In this document: positions 59,464 to 64,000 of the stretch, one piece after another | Numbering within the stretch: position 1 is the stretch's first letter | Layout: each line of letters begins with the position of its first letter | From: an uncultured delta proteobacterium | GTDB lineage: Bacteria; Desulfobacterota; Binatia; UBA9968 | NCBI GenBank assembly: GCA_963745835.1 | Contig: CAVUZH010000013.1 | Span: 224,001-288,000, forward strand | Direction of reading: 5' to 3' | Length of the DNA: 64,000 bases | Notes under the pieces: model-generated | Seen by the model: only the letters and a program-made list of their open reading frames with translations | The model's database searches: none | Told to the model about the DNA's origin: nothing | Program-made: the position numbers and the translations under genes

Positions 59464-59931
59464 TTATCTTATCGCGTATACTGAAGTACGGCCTTGCTTG
59501 TCAAAACTGATTACGTCGTAGGCTGCGGATTGGCTCCTTCCATTCCCGGTGAGCCAACCGGCATGCCGGGCACCGCCAGACCCGCCACGGCCGGCCTTTC
59601 TTTGAGCAGGCGACGAATAAGATCTGCCGGCACATGGCCTTCAATCACATAGCTTTGAACCAGCGCGGTATGACACGAATAGAGTTTCTCCGGTACGTTG
59701 TATTTCATTTTAACGTCTCCGAGTTGCTTGCCCGTGACGTCCTTCTTTTCGATTCTAAAACCATTCGATTGCGGGTGCCCAACCACGCTGAACAGCATCC
59801 TCAGCCGGGATCCTGATGACCGTGATCGATGTTGTCGCGGATTTCGGTTGCGCATAGCTGGCCGCGCCGCTCATGAACAGGAAGAGGAAAATAGTGGCAT
59901 ACCGCCAGCAAAACGAGTTCCTTAAAGGCAT
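59464..59931 (-). pseudogene. DUF411 family metal-binding protein, three 1-nt deletions, with TGA at the first Cys of CGCC
   Basis: Reconstruction: signal peptide...ITV[fs]QDPG-U-GCCSAWL[fs]HPQSNGF...SCHTALVQSYVIEGHVPADLI...GLAVPGMPVGSPGMEG[fs]YDVISFDKQGRTSVYAIR*. Confidence 0.82.
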
Positions 59932-60075
59932 TAATCTTCTCCTGACCTATAGAGGTGATGCCTCAAATTACCAGATAGCGTAGGTGCGGCAAGCGCAATA
60001 TGCGTGACGCGCGTTGACACTGAAGCTGGGACTGCGGTACCGATAAATTAGCGGATTTGCTGAAAGAGGTGGTTC

Positions 60076-61206
60076 ATGAAAAATGGTTTCAAGATTCTCG
60101 ACAGCGATATGCATTTGATGGAGCCAGTGGATCTATGGGAACGCTATATCGATGCGAAGTTCAAGGCTGATGCGCCGCGCGGCCTGACCAGCGATAACGT
60201 TCGCGATTTACGCATGGCGCACCCGGACGGCCGCTACTGGGGATTACCGGCAAGCCACAATCGTAACTCATCGCACCATCGAGGCCACAACTTCAGAAAA
60301 AACCAGACTATCTATAGATCGCATGCCGAGCGTGGCTGGACTGCGGACGTTCAGCTCGAGGCGATGGACATCGAAGGCATCGATGTCGCAGTGCTTTACC
60401 CGACGCGTGCGCTGCAGGTCCTGAGCGAACCTAGAATGGAACCGAAGTTCGCCGCCGCTTTGGCGCGGGCCTACAACGATTGGCTTTACGATTTCTGTAA
60501 AACCAACCCATCCCGGCTTCTCGGCGCCGGCATGATATCGCCTTTCGACATCGATGAAGCCGTCGCCGAAGCCAAACGCTGTGCGACCGAACTCGGTTTT
60601 CGCGCGGTTTTCATGCGCTCAAGCATCATGGAGGGACGAAACTGGTTTGACGAATACTTCGAGCCGCTGTGGGCGACGTTAGAAGAGTATGAACTGCCGG
60701 TCGGCTTTCACGAGTCGTCCTCGTCTGCGGCACGGCAGACTGGTGACTTTTTTGAACCGAATTTCATGCTCCGGCGAGCCGTCGCTCAACCGATGGAGCA
60801 GATGCTCGGCCTAGTGAGCCTATGCTCCGGCGGAGTCTTGGCGCGCCATCCCAAGCTGCGGGCCGCGTTTCTGGAAGCGAATTGCACGTGGCTGCCGTGG
60901 CTGTTGTGGCGTCTGGACGAAGGTTGGGAGCGCGAGGGCGATATCTGGGCGCAAGACTTGACCATGAAACCGAGCGAGTACTTCAAGAGACAATGCTTCG
61001 TATCGGTGGAGCCCGACGAGGATGGCGTCAAGTACGTAATCGATTACATCGGCACCGGGCGGCTGGTATTCTCCACGGACTACCCCCATGGAGATTCCAA
61101 ATTTCCAGATGCAGTCGAAACTTTCCTCGATCTGCCGATCACCGATAACGACAAACGTAAAATTCTTTGGGACAACTGCGCTGAGTTCTATCGTCTCGGT
61201 GCATAG
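60076..61206 (+). CDS. Amidohydrolase_2 family protein
   Basis: ILDSDMHLMEP, VLYPT, EANCTW, STDYPHGD. Confidence 0.9.
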   Translation: MKNGFKILDSDMHLMEPVDLWERYIDAKFKADAPRGLTSDNVRDLRMAHPDGRYWGLPASHNRNSSHHRGHNFRKNQTIYRSHAERGWTADVQLEAMDIEGIDVAVLYPTRALQVLSEPRMEPKFAAALARAYNDWLYDFCKTNPSRLLGAGMISPFDIDEAVAEAKRCATELGFRAVFMRSSIMEGRNWFDEYFEPLWATLEEYELPVGFHESSSSAARQTGDFFEPNFMLRRAVAQPMEQMLGLVSLCSGGVLARHPKLRAAFLEANCTWLPWLLWRLDEGWEREGDIWAQDLTMKPSEYFKRQCFVSVEPDEDGVKYVIDYIGTGRLVFSTDYPHGDSKFPDAVETFLDLPITDNDKRKILWDNCAEFYRLGA

Positions 61207-61477
61207 AAGTCTTGGAATTACAAATCCAAACCTCGGCTTCTTTATTCTCGCGCAGACGCTAGCTTATGCTGTAACACTGCCGGCTTGGGTCGCTGGGGCT
61301 TTTTGGCCGGTCAGATTTGGCGTTATCGAAATATTCGGTGATCAAGCAACCGTCCGGGAAGTAAGCAGCGGACTCGAGCCGCTCGCTTCGAAAAAAAACC
61401 TGAGAGGACGACGGGTCAGGTCAACACGGAGTAATTTATCGAAGGTTTAAGCGGCGGTCCCATCCTGGGGAGGATTA

Positions 61478-62791
61478 GTGGCTGAGCAGGAATTTTCTTC
61501 GACCGAACTTTATGATGCCTGGACGGTCCTATCGCTCGAGGACAAACTCGAAGGATTTAAGCTCTTGCATCCAGAGGAGCGCGAGCGTTTTTTCAAGCAA
61601 TTGAGCGCCCGGGACGAGGCCAACTTGCTCCAAGCTTTTCCGCCGGGAGAGCGACGGTTTTGGATCCGTCTCTTGGCACCGGAAGACGCAGCGGATCTTA
61701 TTCAAGAAACTGCCCCGGATAAGCGCGAAGAAATAGTCTCGTTGATCGACGAGCCGTTGAGGAGCGAAATCAAAGGCCTGCTGGCCTACGCCGATGATCA
61801 GGCTGGCGGTTTGATGAGCCCGCGCTATGCCCGCTTGCGCCGCAATATGACGGTCGATGAAGCGTTCAGTTATCTTAGGCGCGATGCCCGCGATCGCGAG
61901 AAAAAGTTCTATTACGCATTCGTCGTCGATCCGCAAGAGAGGCTTCTTGGAGTCGTTTCCTTTCGAGATCTGTTCTCGGCCCGCGGCGATCAGTCGATCG
62001 AAAGTGTCATGCGTACGGATATCGTCACCGCGCGCGACAATATGGACCAGGAGGCGTTGAGCGATCTTTTCGCCCGGCACAACTTGATGATGATTCCGAT
62101 CGTCGACGCTGACAGGCGTATTAAAGGAATCGTGACTCACGACGACATCATCGACGTTCTGCGCGAGGAAGCTACCGAAGATATTCAAAAAATCGGCGGA
62201 ACCGAAGCTCTCGACGCGCCGTATCTGCAGATTCCGTTGACGCAGATGATCAAAAAACGCGCCGGATGGCTTGCAGCTCTGTTTATTGGGGAAATGCTCA
62301 CGGCCACGGCGATGGGTTATTACGAAGATCAGATTTCGCGAGCCGTTGTCCTTGCTCTGTTCGTTCCGTTGATTATCAGTAGCGGCGGGAACTCCGGCTC
62401 GCAAGCATCCACCTTAGTGATCCGCGCTATGGCTCTGAAGGAAATCCGCATTTCGGATTGGTGGCGGGTGGTTCGGCGTGAATTCAGCGCCGGCATCGCT
62501 CTCGGCTGCATCCTCGCGATAATCGGTCTGATCCGAATTTTGGCATGGCAGGGTCTTTTTCATTCCTACGGCGATCATTACATGCTGATCGCACTGACCG
62601 TCGCCTTCAGTCTAATCGGAGTCGTCCTGTGGGGAACGCTGGCGGGCTCCGTTCTGCCGATTGTTCTGCGTCTACTCGGTTTCGACCCGGCCAGCGCCTC
62701 GGCGCCGTTCGTCGCCACCCTTGTAGATGTCACCGGATTGATCATTTATTTCACGGTCGCGACCCTGGTTTTGACCGGCAGACTGTTGTGA
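61478..62791 (+). CDS. mgtE: Magnesium transporter MgtE
   Basis: AGGLM, CBS pair, ATEDIQKIGG, SGGNSGSQA, DPASASAPFVATLVDVTG. Confidence 0.96.
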   Translation: MAEQEFSSTELYDAWTVLSLEDKLEGFKLLHPEERERFFKQLSARDEANLLQAFPPGERRFWIRLLAPEDAADLIQETAPDKREEIVSLIDEPLRSEIKGLLAYADDQAGGLMSPRYARLRRNMTVDEAFSYLRRDARDREKKFYYAFVVDPQERLLGVVSFRDLFSARGDQSIESVMRTDIVTARDNMDQEALSDLFARHNLMMIPIVDADRRIKGIVTHDDIIDVLREEATEDIQKIGGTEALDAPYLQIPLTQMIKKRAGWLAALFIGEMLTATAMGYYEDQISRAVVLALFVPLIISSGGNSGSQASTLVIRAMALKEIRISDWWRVVRREFSAGIALGCILAIIGLIRILAWQGLFHSYGDHYMLIALTVAFSLIGVVLWGTLAGSVLPIVLRLLGFDPASASAPFVATLVDVTGLIIYFTVATLVLTGRLL

Positions 62792-62863
62792 ACAGGCCAA
62801 GCGCTTGGATCTCACAGAGCTCACCGCATTCCGGAAGTTGTCGCCAGTTTTTGATTGAATTAG

Positions 62864-63262
62864 CTATTTCGGCGGGGCGTAAAGCTGCAGCAGATTGCCC
62901 TCGCTGTCAAAAAAATAAAAACCGCTGCCACTCGGACGATCTACGGCGGGCGTGGTGTGAATTCTCACTCCCCAATCTCCCATTTTCTGCTTGGCCAATT
63001 CGAAATCATCGCGGCTTACAGTAAACGCCTGGTGCGTCGCCCCTTCTCTTTCGATGAACTCACCATCCAGCGGTTTCGGTCGCTGAAACAAAACCACCAT
63101 GCTCTCGCCGGAGCGAAGATCTGCGCGCGAGAGCCCTTTGCCCATGTCGTCGCGGTTAAGTTTTGCGATGCTCATGCCGAGGATCTCAGTGTAAAACTTA
63201 ACCGCTCGATCTACGTCGTTACACGGAATTCCGATATGGTAGACACCCGTCGTTTTTATCAT
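62864..63262 (-). CDS. VOC/glyoxalase family protein
   Basis: GVYHIGI, FYTEILG, HQAF, YFFDSEGNLLQL. Confidence 0.88.
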   Translation of the reverse strand: MIKTTGVYHIGIPCNDVDRAVKFYTEILGMSIAKLNRDDMGKGLSRADLRSGESMVVLFQRPKPLDGEFIEREGATHQAFTVSRDDFELAKQKMGDWGVRIHTTPAVDRPSGSGFYFFDSEGNLLQLYAPPK

Positions 63263-63427
63263 CGCAGCCTCCCGCACAGAAAATTAGCATTACCTCGCCG
63301 CACCGACGATCACAATATGAGAAACGGCAGCTTTTAGATCGGCGCTACCCCAGGCGTTAAAATCGACGGCTGATCACTGAGAACCAAGTCGCCACGGTCG
63401 CGCGAAACAAGGACCCGCACTATCGCC

Positions 63428-64000
63428 TCATCCGCTACTTGTCCCGTATTCTTTCGTTATCTTGAGCGCCTCGTACACTTTCTCCGCAGTTATAGGCAGA
63501 TCGGTAATTCTCACTCCGCAGGCATCGGCAACCGCGTTGGCCACTGCGGCGGCCGTCGGCGTATTTGCCACCTCGCCAATCGCCAAGCTGTTGTACGGGC
63601 CCGGCCCATGCGGCACATTTTCGATAACCGAAGTTCTTAACGGCGGGATGTCCATGATATTGGGAATCTTGAATTCGCCAAAATTAGTAGTCACGATTTT
63701 GCCATTGTCGAAAAGAATTTCTTCTTGCAACGCATAACCCAAACCGAACACAACCCCGCCATCGATCTGCCCCTGATGCATTAACGGATTAATCACCTTG
63801 CCTGTGGTATGCGCCGATACCATCTGCTTGAGGATCACCTGTCCTGTTTCCGGATCGACTTGCACTTCGGCGATTTGCGCCGAGACCGACGCGTCATGGG
63901 ATTTTTCTGAACTCTTGTAATAGCCTTTGACCGTGATCGGCGAGCCCTTGGCTTTAATCACCTCAGCAAAACTCATCCGTCGTTTCGATTTACGGTGAAT
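63428..64000 (-). CDS. Xanthine dehydrogenase family molybdopterin-binding subunit, 3' part
   Basis: AEVQVDPETG, INPLMHQGQIDGG, GPGPY..AIGE, RITDLPITAE; frame stays open to the window edge. Confidence 0.92.
   Translation of the reverse strand: MHRKSKRRMSFAEVIKAKGSPITVKGYYKSSEKSHDASVSAQIAEVQVDPETGQVILKQMVSAHTTGKVINPLMHQGQIDGGVVFGLGYALQEEILFDNGKIVTTNFGEFKIPNIMDIPPLRTSVIENVPHGPGPYNSLAIGEVANTPTAAAVANAVADACGVRITDLPITAEKVYEALKITKEYGTSSG

Noticed and set aside
61207-61477. Possible Mg-sensing riboswitch upstream of mgtE
   Set aside because: No M-box consensus recognisable by eye; would need an Rfam scan.
1-64000. Alternative genetic code (UGA = Trp/Gly)
   Set aside because: Many genes end at TGA at their expected C-termini, and TGG is used for conserved Trp.

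Overview
Moderately GC-rich bacterial chromosomal window. Its gene content (many NitT/TauT-type solute-binding proteins, amidohydrolase_2 enzymes, LLM/F420 oxidoreductase, HO-like diiron enzymes, short palindromic intergenic repeats) resembles Candidatus Binatia/Binatota; this taxonomy is inference only. I see about 55 CDS, two frameshifted genes (Hsp20, DUF411), at least two MITE-like repeat families and several REP-like elements, but no rRNA, tRNA, CRISPR array or transposase. The main hidden signal is selenocysteine recoding that the ORF track misses. (1) An unannotated 73-codon gene (57663-57884, minus) has two in-frame UGAs in a G-U-Y-S-N-U-G motif, followed by a clean SECIS-like hairpin, directly behind a hypothetical gene. 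(2) An AhpD/CMD-like gene is split at C-P-F-U (51184-51186). (3) A decaying DUF411 gene has its CGCC motif encoded as U-G-C-C. All functional calls come from motif recognition, not database searches.
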